Positions 11,043 through 26,480 of a DNA stretch of 64,000 bases are shown piece after piece; position 1 is the stretch's first letter; each line of letters opens with the position of its first letter. The stretch is from the NCBI GenBank assembly GCA_030141605.1, contig JAQGDQ010000715.1, positions 1-64,000 on the forward strand. The letters are read 5' to 3'. The notes beneath the pieces were generated by a model. That model searched no databases. It was not told the DNA's origin and saw nothing but the letters and a program-made list of their open reading frames with translations. The position numbers and the translations under genes are program-made. The stretch is from Tubiluchus corallicola (Eukaryota; Animalia; Priapulida).

Positions 11043-14000
11043 ATAACATCACAGTCAAGTGATGTAACATTACATTATATGAAACGTGAAATACAATGAA
11101 GGTAACGTAGGTTTATTACTGTAACATTAATTTCTAACTAAAGAAGTGTATATTGTGGCAAAAAGTACTTAGACACACTACAAGCTCTGAGACCATGAAC
11201 ATAATGACACACCATCTCACGTTGCAAACATTAACTGGTCATATATCATGAATTTCAATATGGCCTCTGAAACGAAGTCTTATTTTCGGTGGAAGTTACA
11301 CAAATATCTTCATACTGATATATATTATTATTATTGATGGCAATAATATCACCAGACACACTGAGTATACGTGTATGCTTCTAATTACATTGTTTGCTAA
11401 TAAAAAATTATCTTCATGGACCTGTCCTTTTGGATATGGTGAACCTACTTCTCGTGAAGTAGTCAATGCACTTATTTTTCTGGAAACTATAAATGGGCGA
11501 TTATGATGATGATGATGATATTCTACTCTGACAATGACATCAGTGTAAACCACAAACTAGACAACCTTCAACTTATATTTATATGATCCAGGTTTGTTTT
11601 TATAAACTTGTAATATGTTTTTACGCTCTGAACGCATACCTTCTATCAAGCAGAAAGCTTATACATTTGCAGAGCCTTACTAAGTTTGTCACAAGTGATA
11701 TTAAAATTTTGTAGATGATTCAATATAGTGCTTCCTAACGTATTATCATACCTGAAGGAAAATTATTAAATTTGGTTTTTTTCTTTTACCATCTGAACTT
11801 TTTTAATGATTTTTGGTTGCTTTTTGGCTACTGATATGGCCGACAGACTGGTCTTTCACTCTAGATGCGTAGTCAGTATGTTATACCTACAATATTAAGA
11901 TGCCACAACACGGCAAACATGCAGCCCTTCATACTGACAACTGGTGCTTACTTAGGACTCTCTTCGTTGCTATTGAATGAGCCAACACAAATGTGCCTGC
12001 AACAAGCGCAGTTCGGTATGAGACTACATTTTAACTAACTTTTATTACTGTAAATCACTAGGAGTGAAACAGTATTCAACAGGTTACCAAAACTGACTCT
12101 ACAAATGCTAAAATAATTATACAACTTTTTATCGTACTCGGCTAATACACAGTCAATCTAGGTAAATCATGAGCTTGTCATAATAGTGTTTTAATGGGAT
12201 AAACGCAATAACATGAAAATCCTAATCAAGGAATTCTGGATCAGGTATGAATATATATATATATATATATATATGAAATCTAGTACTAGTATCGGTTTTC
12301 TTTAACGTAAGACAGTTTTACCTTAAATGCAAAGCAGTGCCCAACGACACAATCTGTATATTCAGTACATGCCCATCTCGTACGAACGATGGCAGATACC
12401 AGCCAACACTAACGTATTATTACAGCACACCGACTGCAAATCTCGAGTAATACTAACAAGCTATTATTATGAACCGCAGTAACAGAACACCAAGTTTTCG
12501 CAATAATGTCGACTACATTACAAAAAATAGGTTCGGTGTAGCTACATAAACTTTTTTGCGCCGCACCTACATTGATTTAACCACAAAAACAAAATTAATA
12601 TTTAAAAAAACAATAAGAAAATTTAAAGCGAAACACTATAAACCACTCACACGCGCATTAACTGGCACAGTGGTGAAATTTTATTTACACTTACGTGCTT
12701 CCATCTGTTGGCTGAAAGATTATAAATATTTGTACTTTCACACATACGAAGCAGTCAAGCAGTCATTGTTTTCGAACGTTACCGAACAACCTGAAAGTGA
12801 ACTATTTTACGTGATTTAAATTGCAGTTTAATTCAAGATATCTTTTAATGTAAATTAACATAGGAACTTAATCCTCTTTTCACATGTAAATGAACAACCT
12901 GCGTGTGTTCACTAAAGTACGTGGATGTAAAGTGATGCTACAATACCTAACTTACACTACATATTATTAATTGGAGAACTTACTTTATTTTTAATATAAA
13001 TTCACCCGTAAGAATTATTTTTTTATATCAAACTTGTCCAATAGAAAAATCACAATGACTGAATAATATCGTTATTGTGGTCATGGAGTTGGACTTGCAG
13101 TCCATTGGTCTATAGTGCAAATCCAGGTTCTGCCCAACTTCATCCCAACTCTCAAGTTCACTAAATCACTAATTGGAGAGGCTGCCTGAAGTAATTAAAA
13201 CTAGTGGCTAGATATACATGAAAAAAGTGATTTCCCTGTATTTTAGTTTTTATCAATATTATTGAGCGAACCTCTAACAGACACTTGACCAAATCTTCCA
13301 CCAAAACGAAGATGATCATTATGTCACAGCTTGCTCGATATTTCTGTTCATTCTGCTTCAAAAGTAATAACTGTAATTACTTCAGTCTTTGTATTGTTTT
13401 TACAAAAGAAAACATGACACAATTTTAAACACTAACGCAAGCTGAGTTACCATATAAAGCATTAGTATTGATATTATGAAAAGTATTATTTTTCTGTTTT
13501 TAAAAATGTTTCATAATTTGGGATTATAGCCTTATAGCCTTTTGCTAAAGAGAACAAAAGCAGGTAATAGCAACCAACAATTTATTACATCAAACTATTA
13601 TTGCAGAATCAGCAGAAGATCATTCAATCATTCATACTTTCAATTTTAGTTTGGAAGCCATGTGCTTTAAATTTTATCCTGTGCGAACTTGAGGCCCATG
13701 ATCTGAGGCTCAAACAGATGAAGTTCAAATTCATTATCAATTTCAGTTTATGCACATAGCATAGCTATTATTATTGTTCAAAATGCAACCTCGGATTCAT
13801 TTCTCAAGAAATTCTCGCTTACTATTTTTCCACCCTTTAAAAATTTGACTAGATTAAATATACAATTCTGCTACTTGGTACTTAGTTTAATACCAAATCT
13901 ATTTTAATACTATAATGCTTTTTTAATATATATTTATATATATGTATATAAACACGTAAAAATGTCATGCGCCTGTAAGTAAACTTGCGTTTTATTAAGG

Positions 14001-15088
14001 GGCAGCTGGTCAAGTGACTAATAGGTCTTTTGCTGCTCCTTCTCAGTTGCAATGAAATGTAAAAATAATTATGTCGAATTTTAACTGCTATTGAGAAAAT
14101 AAAGTTGAATTGAATTGAAAATCAAGATCCTTCAGCACATATAGCAGTTGCCTCGATCACCAGTCCAGCTTAATAATATTCATTGTGGCCTTAGATCATT
14201 TATTATTAATTTTTGTCTTTGCTCTGTCCTCAACAATGGTTCAATGAGGTCTAGAGTATGAAATATTCTTTGCAAACCATTCATACTTCCTGGTCATAAT
14301 TAAATTTTGAAGATAAAACGCTGAGCGAGACATATTAGGTTTCCAAACTAAATATTGAGGGCACGACAGATGCTCTATTGATTCAGCATAACTTTGATGC
14401 AAAAAATGTTCTGCACGACTGCTCTTTGTTCTTATACCTCTTGGTAAATGCATACGTTACACCAGTATTTCCAGAAAAGAGCCTATTATCAATTTTTCAT
14501 AGTTGCACCACTTCAGGTATAATTCATTATTATCATTATCATACTAAGATGGGCAACAGCGTTAATAGGAACATTAAATTATTGATAATTAAAAAGCTGC
14601 TATGTTTAAAACCATTGAGCAAAATGAGGTAACAGCTGAAGTAACTGTTGGTAATGTTTTTATTTAGCTTATTTCACAGCACCCAAGTTTAGTTTCATAG
14701 GAATTTACAAAGACTTGTCAGCAGTCACTAATACTCACTATTACTGGATCTACTCTATCATTTGCTACGCGATTTGATACAGGGCTCTGCTATTGCCGTG
14801 AGCTGCGTGCAGCGGTGTCGCTTAGTTATTCGCGGGGCCAAAGGGATACGCAAACAAAATAAATGTTCGAAATGATTTCTGCTATTCAAAACACAAAATA
14901 AAATTTAACGGTGACCGTTTTTGGTTTAAATGTTAGGCAAAATACAGTTTACTGCTGACTCTCTCCGAGCACGTAATTATAATATTATATTTCCAGTATC
15001 GAGTTTTATCGCCTAGTGTGATAGCATCATCGGTAGGTAACCGTAGGCTAGCGTGATGAAACCATTCAATGGTATTGATTCTGTAGTT

Positions 15089-15360
15089 ACCCTTTTCAGA
15101 CAGCAAGTTTAAACTCTTTTGAAAACATTTTCAAGCCGTTTTGCACTAAAACATATTGTGTGTAGATACATCAAAATGTTTTGCTGCAGAAGCATTTGTT
15201 GCATGGGTCCATCGCTATATTTATGCACTCTAACACCGCATGATTCGATTGCAAAACGGTTTGTCCAGGGACGATGTAAACGCCCAAACCGTTTTCAAAA
15301 TGGTTTGTGAAAAACATTTCTTCGAAACGGTTTCAAGTCTTTTTGCTGTATGAAAGAGCT
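15089..15360. mobile_element. PIF/Harbinger-like MITE
   Basis: Inverted termini CCCTTTTCAGACAGCAA / TTGCTGTATGAAAGAGC; internal AAAACRKTT repeats. Confidence 0.55.
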
Positions 15361-16235
15361 ATAAGTGATTAAAATATCTATGCTTATTGAAACTATACTG
15401 ATTAGGCCTGATCAGTTATATAGTAAATTAAGTAGGTGGGAGGTATATGCACTCTGTGTTCTACGTATAGGATTGCTAACAGGGAACTTCTTCGTTTTAG
15501 GACCTTGCGATCGCACACTCATTACTGTGTTTCCATCTTTTGGTATTTATCATTTGTTCGCCCTATTTTACATTCTCAGTTTAATTAGGTAGTGTGTATC
15601 AGCACTTTGTCACTGCAGCTACAATTCAGACTTTAGGCGTATATTCATAAGCTATGAAAAGATACAGACACATATGTTGCTTTTGATTTTTTTATTACTA
15701 ATTTTGTATCAACATAAAAAGCCCTCCACTAATGAAGTTCTGATTAAATGATATGCTCTGTGAAACCAAATTTAAATTTGCAAGTGTCTGTTACATGCAC
15801 ACTCTTCATATGATGGTATATTATAATAATTAATAGGTGAATTATTTCCATACAGATTCTTTATTCTCTGCAATAAAATTTGCTGGAACTATCTTATTAA
15901 AATCACAATTAAAAATGTGAATGCAATTCTGATTAATAGTATTTTTTATTAACTGTAGATCTATTAAAACTTGTATTTTAAGCCTTGTAACAAAGTCCTA
16001 TAGACTATATCTCATGAATCCTAATCCATGGTAGTACAAGGTAATTTTTTGGAAAGTTCAGCAAACAGCGAAAAATGATAATAATACTGAGATAAATATA
16101 ATCACAGTCAATTCGCTTTGAAAAAATTTGAAAGCATGATAATATACCTGATTACAAATTTATAGATCTGCAGTCAGAGTGATCATTTGCCTTTAAAGAT
16201 AGTGTAAACTGTTTTCATATTATTTTCATTGTCAG

Positions 16236-16339
16236 GTGTCAACTGTGTCCGGCATTCAACCTTATAGACTTAATACGTGCACACCAGTCGGCGCGTTTAA
16301 AATCGATACTTTGCGAATATTACAAAGCTCACACACCTG
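16236..16339 (+). other. Candidate 5'-UTR exon of the zinc-finger gene
   Basis: ttttcattgtcag| acceptor and cctg|gtaaaa donor ~350 bp upstream of the coding exon. Confidence 0.35.
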
Positions 16340-16669
16340 GTAAAACAAATGTTTTATATTGCAAGCAAGTACTGCAAACTTTTATCATTAGATGAAATTA
16401 CTTTGCTAGAATAAAACCAAATATAACAGAAAATTTGTAGCAAGTTGTGCCATCTTGTTGACGCTTGCGGTTGATATGCTGGAGTAGCATTGTTTCACGA
16501 AGTTTCAAAATTTCAGTTTTGATGATTGAGCAATTCTGTCCATTTTCTATGTGTTTTTTGCATTTACGGATTTGCAGGTATTTTACTAAACCAGTTACTA
16601 CACACTGTAATTCATTCTTAAGCTCAGCTATTGTCCATGTCGTATTACATATTGCATTCATATAACTAA

Positions 16670-17668
<999 letters not shown>

Positions 17669-19517
17669 CAGCCCTAGGAATGTGACGTAGGTCATTCATA
17701 AGTGCTGTGTTCACACATTTCGTAAGTGATCTGCTGTCACATTTTAAAAGTGTTTGTTTGAAAAACTTGGTAATTGTAGAAAAGTGACATGTGTGCATCA
17801 TCATAAGTGCTGTGTGACTCGTGTTCTCTCATTTCACAGGAGTTCAGTTTAAAAAAGTACCAACCATAAAAACGTCATTTGTGTCATGAGTGCATGCTTT
17901 ACAGTTGGCAACTGAAAGAGGAACTGAGAGGTATAAATGGAAATTTTTAGTAAACATAATTTATACGGCAGCGCCCATGTGTAAACTTGAAAATTTACTC
18001 AGCCTCATTAAGATGAGATGGTGTGAGTTCACTGAATTGTGTCCAAAGTTTGTCTTCCGAAACTCGGCAGCAATCTCATTTGCATGGTAGGAAGCAGTCA
18101 ATCAAAACGTTAGTCGTAAACTAAAAGGATTTTTGGGATGATACAAAATGCAGTTGCACAATAGCTATGGAAAACATTAAGTTACACCTTGTAAGTTTAT
18201 CCACTTTGCAGTGCCAGTAATAGTGTCTAAACTTAATTTTTTTCATTTTGCCTAGTTTGTACACAACCTTTATTTTTTTATCTATATGAAATGTAATAAT
18301 TAGTTATGCATTTCTATTCTACAAAGCTTATTGTTGAAAGTGTTATGGCAATATACTTTACAACTAGTCATGTTCGTTATTGCTATTTCGTAATTTTAAG
18401 ATTAATGATAGAGTAAATCCACAGTTAGCTACTGAAATTTTGAAACCAACCTTGAAAGAACAGAAGAAACCCAGTCGTTTTGCATTTCCTTCTAACTCAT
18501 TCATGTTAGATGTTACATATTAGTTGTGTGAATGTGAAATCAATAATGTAAGGTGGACCAGCAGCTAGGATAATTTGTTGCTACAATGGCATCTAATTAT
18601 TTGCTTTTTGTTAAAGTTAAATATATAGTTAATTTATGTTTTTTAAGTTATATGCATATAACTTATTTTATTTAGTTTATAGCCATTTATTTTCCATATA
18701 AATTTTTGTGTCAATCAACAATAAATTATAGTTTCTTTTGTATAAGACTCCTTTTGATAAGCTGTGTTGATTTGGAAAATGTTTCACAGGGTTGGAAATG
18801 AGTTTTCTTTTGTTAACATTTTTATAAAATATGTTATAAAAACAACAAAATCACTCCTAACTAGTAAATGTAGTGAGGCATGCAGTCAATACATATAATA
18901 CACTAGTGTTGAGAATTGATCTCATTTCTATGATCTATTATAAACCTTCAAAAGTGATCAATGATCAACTAATAATAGATAACAATACTTAATAGCATTG
19001 CATCAGTTTGAAATTAGAATATTAAGCGTTTAACTGTTATTTTTATGTTGTATTGCGTTTAGCTGATGCTGTAGTTTTTTTTGTCTCACAGTAATTAAAT
19101 GACAGAAATAAACGGTGAAGTGCTAGTGTTAAAATTTTTGTGCTAAGTAGTCATCAATCATGTTAATTTACGGTCAAGTGGTTAAACCAGCCTCATGGTC
19201 AACTGACTTTCGATAAAATTGATTAAATGGAGCAGCACTGTAATACAACATTAAAAAGATTACCATTCATAATGCTTGTTGCATACATATACTTTTTAGT
19301 CTTCTATCTACGTAATATCAACATGTTCAATATTTATGATTCAGCTAAGAGATTTGACAGTTTTTTGACACACCGTTCGTTTAAATTTATTAAGCTCCTT
19401 GTGCATAATGCATGAAAGAATTTTGGTAAAATAATGTTATGTTCTTGAATGGCCTATAGGCGACAAACGGGTGTACAGAAATTAAACCTTAAACTAATAA
19501 TCGTATGAGATCTATAC

Positions 19518-20001
19518 CAGGGGTGTGCAAATTATCTGGCTAACCGGGCCACATTAAACTTTCCCGCAATTCCTGCGAGCCACAGGCAGTTTGATCAAGG
19601 AGCCAAGTACAAAAAGGCCTAATAACGATTTTTTTTGCACCCGACCTGCGTACATCATTACTACTACACTCAAGAAACTATTTTAGACGTTATTAAAATT
19701 TATATTACAAACCATATATTTCTACGTTCAGGACAGATAGTGGTAATTTCATTACAATGCATATTAGTAATGTGTATCACACAGTCTGTGTAGTACAGTG
19801 ACATTAAGCTACAACCGTCTTGTAATGGTTAATGACATCCAATCTAGTAGAAAAAACTACCCGCACTATCTTTGGGATCGTGGCACGGACTTCAGCTGGA
19901 TACACTCAATTAATCGCCCGTGGCCGCACTTTCATTAGGTTGACAAATCTCTTCGCAGGCCGCACAAATTCTCTCGGCGGGCCACAATTTGGACACCCCT
20001 G
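19518..20001 (-). mobile_element. hAT (Charlie-like) MITE, copy A
   Basis: TIR CAGGGGTGTGCAAATT; imperfect 8-bp TSD ATCTATAC/CTCTATAG; reverse orientation to copies B-D. Confidence 0.9.
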
Positions 20002-20478
20002 CTCTATAGCATTGTACGTATACTCAGTTACAGTTTTGTGAACGTAATATTTGCTTCAAGAATTATGGCATATGTAAACCTAACAGATACCATTATATAC
20101 ACCCACATTTCTTGGGGTGCACAATGTGATTCTTAGTAATCCTTAGCACCAGAGCTCCCATTTTACCAACAAACTGGACTGAGCTTGATTTGTAAATCAC
20201 CACCTTTGTGCATACACTTTATTATCAGCAGAGCTCTAGAACTTTCCCCGTGCGGAAAATGCACTGTCTGTTTGTAGCAGCTGTTTGTAATCGGTTTTTA
20301 AGTATTGCTTGCCTTCATGTAATTTAGTGTTGTATAACTGTTATTGTTTTAAAATAAGCGACGTCTGTATTTTCAGACTGCATTTCATAAATTTGTTTCT
20401 TTTTACTTTTTGGTAGGAAGCAATGTTGTAATTTAATATTAGCAACTATTAATTGTTGCGATTAACAACAACAATAAT

Positions 20479-21221
20479 AAGTAAGTCCTCGCTTAATGAC
20501 TCCCTGTTTAGCAACTCATCTTTTTAACGACGTTGGTCATCCAACACCTTTTTTCCTTTAATGATGCACGTTTCATTTTAACGATAATTTTTTTAGTTTG
20601 CTGAAGGCAAATTTTTACTTTATCAACAACATTTTTACTTTATTTGATGCTTAAAACAGTATATAGTGCATTATTCTTTCTAAAAACATAAACATACTAA
20701 TAACGTAAACAATGTAATATATGTTTTTGGTTCCCAAATGGCTACTGTCGCTACTACTAGCAGTTTGTATCAACTATTAAGTGACCAATCAGCAAACTTC
20801 ATACAAGGAATTTTGCCTGCAACTGTAGCTATAGCAACCGGACTAAGTGTAGATAAATTTATGTCCTTCGCTGAAATTTCAAAGGTCGCCCCAGTGCTTA
20901 GCTTTGACTCTGTGGTGTTTATTCTTTAACCCCTGCCTAAGCTTTAAACATTAATGAAAGACAAAACCACTACAGCTAGGTATTGGTACGTAGAAATTTA
21001 ATGGGTGGTTTTGGGCAAGCAAAAAGACATCAATCAGTAGAAATAAACAAAAGTCATAAAATGTTTAACTTGTATAATTTAACCAGTATTGATTTTTGTC
21101 TCTGGAACGCATCACATTTTTTACACTGTTTTATATGGAAATCTTGGCTTCGTGTAACAACGTTTCACTTCATGCAGCATTTTGCTGGGATGCATTGACA
21201 TCGTTAAGCTAGGACTTATTG
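20479..21221. mobile_element. Tigger-like MITE
   Basis: Inverted termini AGTAAGTCCTCGCTTAA / TTAAGCTAGGACTTATTG|TA; internal TTAACGA repeats. Confidence 0.6.
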
Positions 21222-21229
21222 TATAATAA

Positions 21230-21401
21230 CAGGACCGTAGTCAGCTTTTGAAAAGTGGTCCGGCCACAGATACGGAACAGGTAGAAGAAGAATACAGCAG
21301 CAACATATAGAAAAGTATATTATAATTTACAATACAGAGTTATAGGCACGTATGGCAGAAAAAGTGGTCCGGCCATGGCCGGACCGCCGACTACGGCCTT
21401 G
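21230..21401. mobile_element. Short hAT-like MITE
   Basis: CAGGACCGTAG...CTACGGCCTTG termini; internal AAAAGTGGTCCGGCCA x2. Confidence 0.45.
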
Positions 21402-24400
21402 AATAACTATTATTTTTGTAGACAAGTTACACAATTTGTATAAAATAGATGTTGTCTGACAAATATGTGTTTGCCCCAGTGTATGTTTCTTGTTTCCCAA
21501 GACAGCAAAAATACTAGTAATTGGTTTTGTGCATGCTACACACCGAAATTTAGTGACTCCAAAAATTGTCATGCATTTACTGTGTTGTCGTAGGAAGAAA
21601 CAGCAGCAGCTGCTAACATTCGCTGACGCGAAGATAAAAAGGGTTTTCCATATTATCGCTGACGTGCAGCGTTCATTATGTTAAATAGCTTCAGATAAAA
21701 GATAAAGATAAAGCTTCAAATAAAAAAATGTGCGTTAGATTTCAGTGAAGAGTCCGCCCTATTATACGGGAATATTCAGTATATGTTCTTAATAATAATA
21801 TTTTCGTGTTTAACATATCAGGAGTAGAAAATTTCTGTTTTAAAGATCTGGAAAATTTGCTAGGCTGAAGGTGAGGTTATACTTATAGTAGTCTAACTTT
21901 AACTGCCAAAACTATGCATGCGTACCAAAACTAATTACGTTGGTACTGGTACTTTTGTATCATCATTATCTGGCTTTCGTCTGCTCCATCTTCAGATTAT
22001 TTTATTACAAAAACTATAATTCTGCATACTAATATTAGTATTACTCTGTAAATAGTTCAAGTGAGTTCACATTCAAGTTCGAGAGTAGCACAAGAACAGA
22101 CCTATGAATTGAAGAAAATTTTGGAGAAATAACGAAAAACAAGGTTTGCTACTTTTAATGCGCCGGCCATCTTTACATTTTACTACAGCCTACGGGTTGT
22201 TCTAGTGACAAGTTATACTAACATCCCAAATAATTCGTTATAACGTTATTTTGTCGATTTGACTATGAATTGTGTCTTGCTTTGAAATTTTATTCGATTG
22301 TGTGAGCAGTTGCTGTGACTTGTGCTGATATGGCAGGTAGTAATTTAGTATATTTTATGGGTCCCTTTGAAGTTTCACTTGAATGTTTACGCTTAGCCTG
22401 ATGTCATTTATCAATTATGCCTAAGCGTTTTGAAATTGTGGGGGGGGGACAGCTCATAACTGTGTGTGTTCATAGATGCTTATAGTTAAAGAATGCTTTC
22501 GTTACTAGTACTAGTAGTAGTAGTAATAAAACACTACTTGCTACGTTTGCACTTGCTTTATCAGTTTATGCCTATTTTCTTTCTACTGTCGCCATGTGCT
22601 GCAGCATTCCATCTCGCCTGCTTATGTACTGTCTAGCTATATGCTACAGCACCGTGTGGCACCTCATTGCGGTGAGGCGGTACAAGGCGAGGTGGTTCAC
22701 AGCGCTGTCATACACTGGGTATCGGTAGATGCGAACATCCCGCATAATATTCTCAGACAGTGATGGACACCAGCTAAAGTACGTCATTTAGGTTACCCAC
22801 ATTTTTCATCACTCGCAAAACCAAATTATTCGTTACTTATAATTATAGTCTGGCGTCAAAGAGGAGGTAAATAAAAAATGTCTGCTATTACTTATTGAGT
22901 CGATTACTCGTCCTGTACAGTTTTGGACAATCCTCCAGTGTGCTACTTACACAGTGTACAGCGCCAGTGTACAGTTATGGAAAAATTACTTTGTTGGTGT
23001 TATGCATAATAAATAAACTCAGTTTCCATATTTTTATAGTATTTGACGATTCCCAGCAAGGCGCAGTACAGCCGTGCAACTTGTAAACAAACTGAACACA
23101 AGCGATACGAATCACTTCTTGTATAGCTGGTGGCCACGACATGCAGATTTCTGTTTCACCTTAAAGGTTTTTGAACAACAAGTAGCAAAAGCAACTTTGG
23201 CATCAGTGGCAACACTTTACACTTTCTATGTCATTTTGTTGTGGTGGCAAATTTTAAATTTGGTGAACCAGCTGATCTTGTCAGAGCACATAAAAATAAT
23301 TTTTTCAGTATAAAATCTATGCTTGCAACTCCTCCTACTTCCTGGAAACAACTGGACAATCAGAACATTTAATTAAAAAGTATTCAAGATTCTGACATGC
23401 AACAGCTCATATTCCACTAATCATTTGCCAAATCAATTGATCATTCAACCAAACACCCCAACTGTGATATCACTCGTGTCAGTGAGTTTTTTCTGTATTT
23501 TCATTCTGAGGCTCTGAAGTCAAATCTACTGCTTTTATTTATTACCGAAATCTAGTAATACTCATAAAGAGCTTTGATGGTGTTTGTAACATAAGATATT
23601 ATGTAGAACAATAGCTGACTCCATCAAGACACCCCCCAGGCTTTAATTTATAACAAATGCAAATAATCGTAAGGCTAAATAGTTGTCATTTCTGCCATGA
23701 GAAGTGCGGGATACATAAAGAGATGTTTGTGGTGGCTTTCTGTCTTCAATCGATAATTTCAAAAGGTCGAAATAGCTGACCGTGCGTCAACCAAAAATGT
23801 CTACTCGATATCTTAATGGCACAATGTGCTAGGTGTGGTTTATTAGTGTGCATTTAAAAACGTGTAATTTTTTTACAATCTTCCCTTATGAAGAAGTGGT
23901 ACAGAAGAATGTGTAAATAAGCAGAAGGAATGAGTGCTCAGCATTTTCTGTGAAATGCAGATTTGATTCACAGTAAATGTATGTAAGCTAAAAAATAAGG
24001 AACAAAAGGTAAGGGAAGTGTGATTTAAATGCTAATCATCCAATTTTGTTTACTTAAATTACTGCTGCCGCAATAACATTATGTCCAGGATACCTTATCT
24101 TAAGAAATAAGCATTTAAGTGGCAACTGTTGTAAGCAGTCCTCTCTCAAATGTCTGTTTAAACCGTCAACTGATAACTCTAAATTATGACTATGAAAATA
24201 CCATGAGGTCCGGAACAAAGTTTGCCTCATTCTGAATTGCATTTCCGCAAATTATTTTGAAGCAGTTCACAAGGTCATCGGTTTCATGCCTTCGTTCAAG
24301 AGAAGCAAGCAACAGTCCAACTTAACAGCTAGACAAATAAATCAGTCCTACGATTTTGAATATCGTCTAATTTTGTGAAATTCATTTACCATTATTATGT

Positions 24401-24415
24401 ATCCTAGAACATGCA

Positions 24416-24818
24416 TGTGAAAGTTAGTTATGAAGTTGAAATTGAACACTTGTAGAAAACAACTGAACACTATATTACACTAAATACACATGAGTAAAAT
24501 ACACAAGTAAAATGAAGATCACGACTGCTGCACTTCACTGAGAGTGTGAGTCAGACAGTGTGTAGCACGACTGCACTTCACTGAGAGCGTGACAGAGAGA
24601 CAGTGGCTAGAAGTGAATTCCAGCCAGTTTATATATTTAGAGAACTATGCAAAAACTTGGCTTCACATATCCCATTACAGTAAAAATAGGGGAGATCCAG
24701 TGAGTTTGCATATTCACTGGACCGAGCAATTGTACTAAGGGTGAGTTTAACTAGTAAAATGTTAAAGTGACTAATCAATAGATGGCAGCACCAAAAATAT
24801 ACAGTTACAACTTTCACA
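24416..24818 (-). mobile_element. Solo LTR, copy 1
   Basis: TGTGAAAGT...ACTTTCACA termini; perfect 5-bp TSD ATGCA; homologous to 30006-30423 and 31032-31434. Confidence 0.85.
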
Positions 24819-25110
24819 ATGCAAAATTTCAAATCCACATTTGCTCAAATCGATTGATTGCAAAGATAACCCTTTTTAGATAAACCGGAAACAGGAACTT
24901 AATCTGTCTTTTACATCTATGAACCACTTAAGTTTACAAGTTTGTGTCATACTTTTATGGTAGCATAATGTAAAAGATTTACCGTGCAGTTCATTGACAA
25001 TATATAAATTATGACAATTCTGATAATTTGTCTTTGTTTAAATTATGTCTTCTCTTACTGACAGTAATTCACAATTTGTGACTTATTAATTATTACAGTG
25101 CTATTAAGAG

Positions 25111-25241
25111 ATGTCAATGGATTTGAGCTCAGCTAGGAACAAACTTGGTGATGTTCTCCTCAATCTGGTGTTGAAAAGAGAAGATAGCCCAGTGGCATCG
25201 GACGATGATTCAAAACCACCAATAGATGCTACACTTCACTC
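25111..25241 (+). CDS. LIN37: LIN37 (MuvB/DREAM core subunit) coding exon 1
   Basis: MSMDLSSARNKLGDVLLNLV matches LIN37 ARNQLDAVLQCL; acceptor at 25098, phase-2 donor gtaagt. Confidence 0.85.
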
Positions 25242-25791
25242 GTAAGTTTGTTAAAATCTTCAAAATTTTATTTCTATTTGTAGTTACTATTCCTGTTTAT
25301 TATTTATTCCTGTTCGGGGCATTCAACATGTTATTATTGCCTATGATTTAGTAGTTTAGTTTTAACACTTCTGAAGTGTTAAAATGTTAAAATTGTTAGC
25401 TTAATCAAGTTATTTTAATTTTATATACTATTAACAAATAATAGTCTTTCTATCTTTTATATCATCTCATATATGAGCTTCATTCATTACATCATTCCAT
25501 TTTAAGCACTAATGTTTTTTTTTTATCACGATTCACTTTAAATTTTCAGATTATCTCCATTACTTTTTTTTCTATCACTGTGTGGGACAATCTAACAAGC
25601 CCTGCTTTTTGATTGCCCGCAACACGTTTACCTTCGTGTATAAGTGAACAGTGTTTGAGGCTTTTCCTGTGCAGTATTTCTTATTTGTATTATATCCATT
25701 GTAGGCCCGTTCACTAGATATTGTATATGTAACCATTGTAAATGTGTAATGTGAAATAAATGACTTATGACTTAACAATAATGACTTACTA

Positions 25792-26480
25792 CAGTCAAAT
25801 CTTGTTATAACTCCCACTTGATAATGCCAACTTTGCTTAATGCCCGAATTTTCGGCAAAACAAAATACATGTCTATATTTGCATAGACATATATGCATGT
25901 ATTAATGCAGGGGTGTGCAAATTGCGGCTCGCGGGCCACTTGCGGCCTGCCGGGAGAATTTGTGCGGCCCGCAAAGAGATTTGTCAACCTAATGAAAGTG
26001 TGGCCCGGGCGATTAATTGAGTGTATCCAGCTGAAGTCTGTGCCACGATCCCAAAGATAGTGCGGTTAGTTTTTTCTACTAGATCGGATGCCATTAACCC
26101 TTACAAGACAGTTGTAGCTTAATGTCACTGTACTACACAGACTGTGTGATACACATTACTAATATGCATTGTAATGAAATTACCACTATGTGTCCTGAAA
26201 GTAGAACTATATGGTTTGTAACATAAATTTTAATAACTTCTAAAATAGTTTCTTGAGTGTAGTAGTAATGATGTACGCAGGTCGGATGCAAAAAAAATCG
26301 TTATTAAGCCTTTCTGTACTTGGCTCCTTGATCAAACTGCCTGTGGCCTGCAGGAATTGCGAGAAAGTTTAATGTGGCCCGGCTAGTCAGATAATTTGCA
26401 CACCCCTGTATTAATGCATGTCCTTATAATGCCACACTTGCTTTGTGCCAACAAGTAGGCAGTACAAAGAGGTTTACCTG
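25792..26480. mobile_element. Tigger-like MITE interrupted by hAT MITE copy B
   Basis: TA|CAGTCAAATCTTG...GAGGTTTACCTG|TA; related to 27519-27693 and 32160-32511. Confidence 0.6.
25908..26408 (+). mobile_element. hAT MITE, copy B
   Basis: CAGGGGTGTGCAAATT...AATTTGCACACCCCTG; perfect 8-bp TSD TATTAATG. Confidence 0.92.

Noticed and set aside
22160-22440. LIN37 promoter with YY1-like GGCCATCTT and several TTTGAA (CHR) hexamers suggesting MuvB autoregulation
   Set aside because: TSS is unknown and TTTGAA is expected often by chance in such AT-rich DNA
23300-24350. Possible decayed LINE or transposase coding sequence
   Set aside because: Only faint motif hints and many stops; cannot be supported by eye
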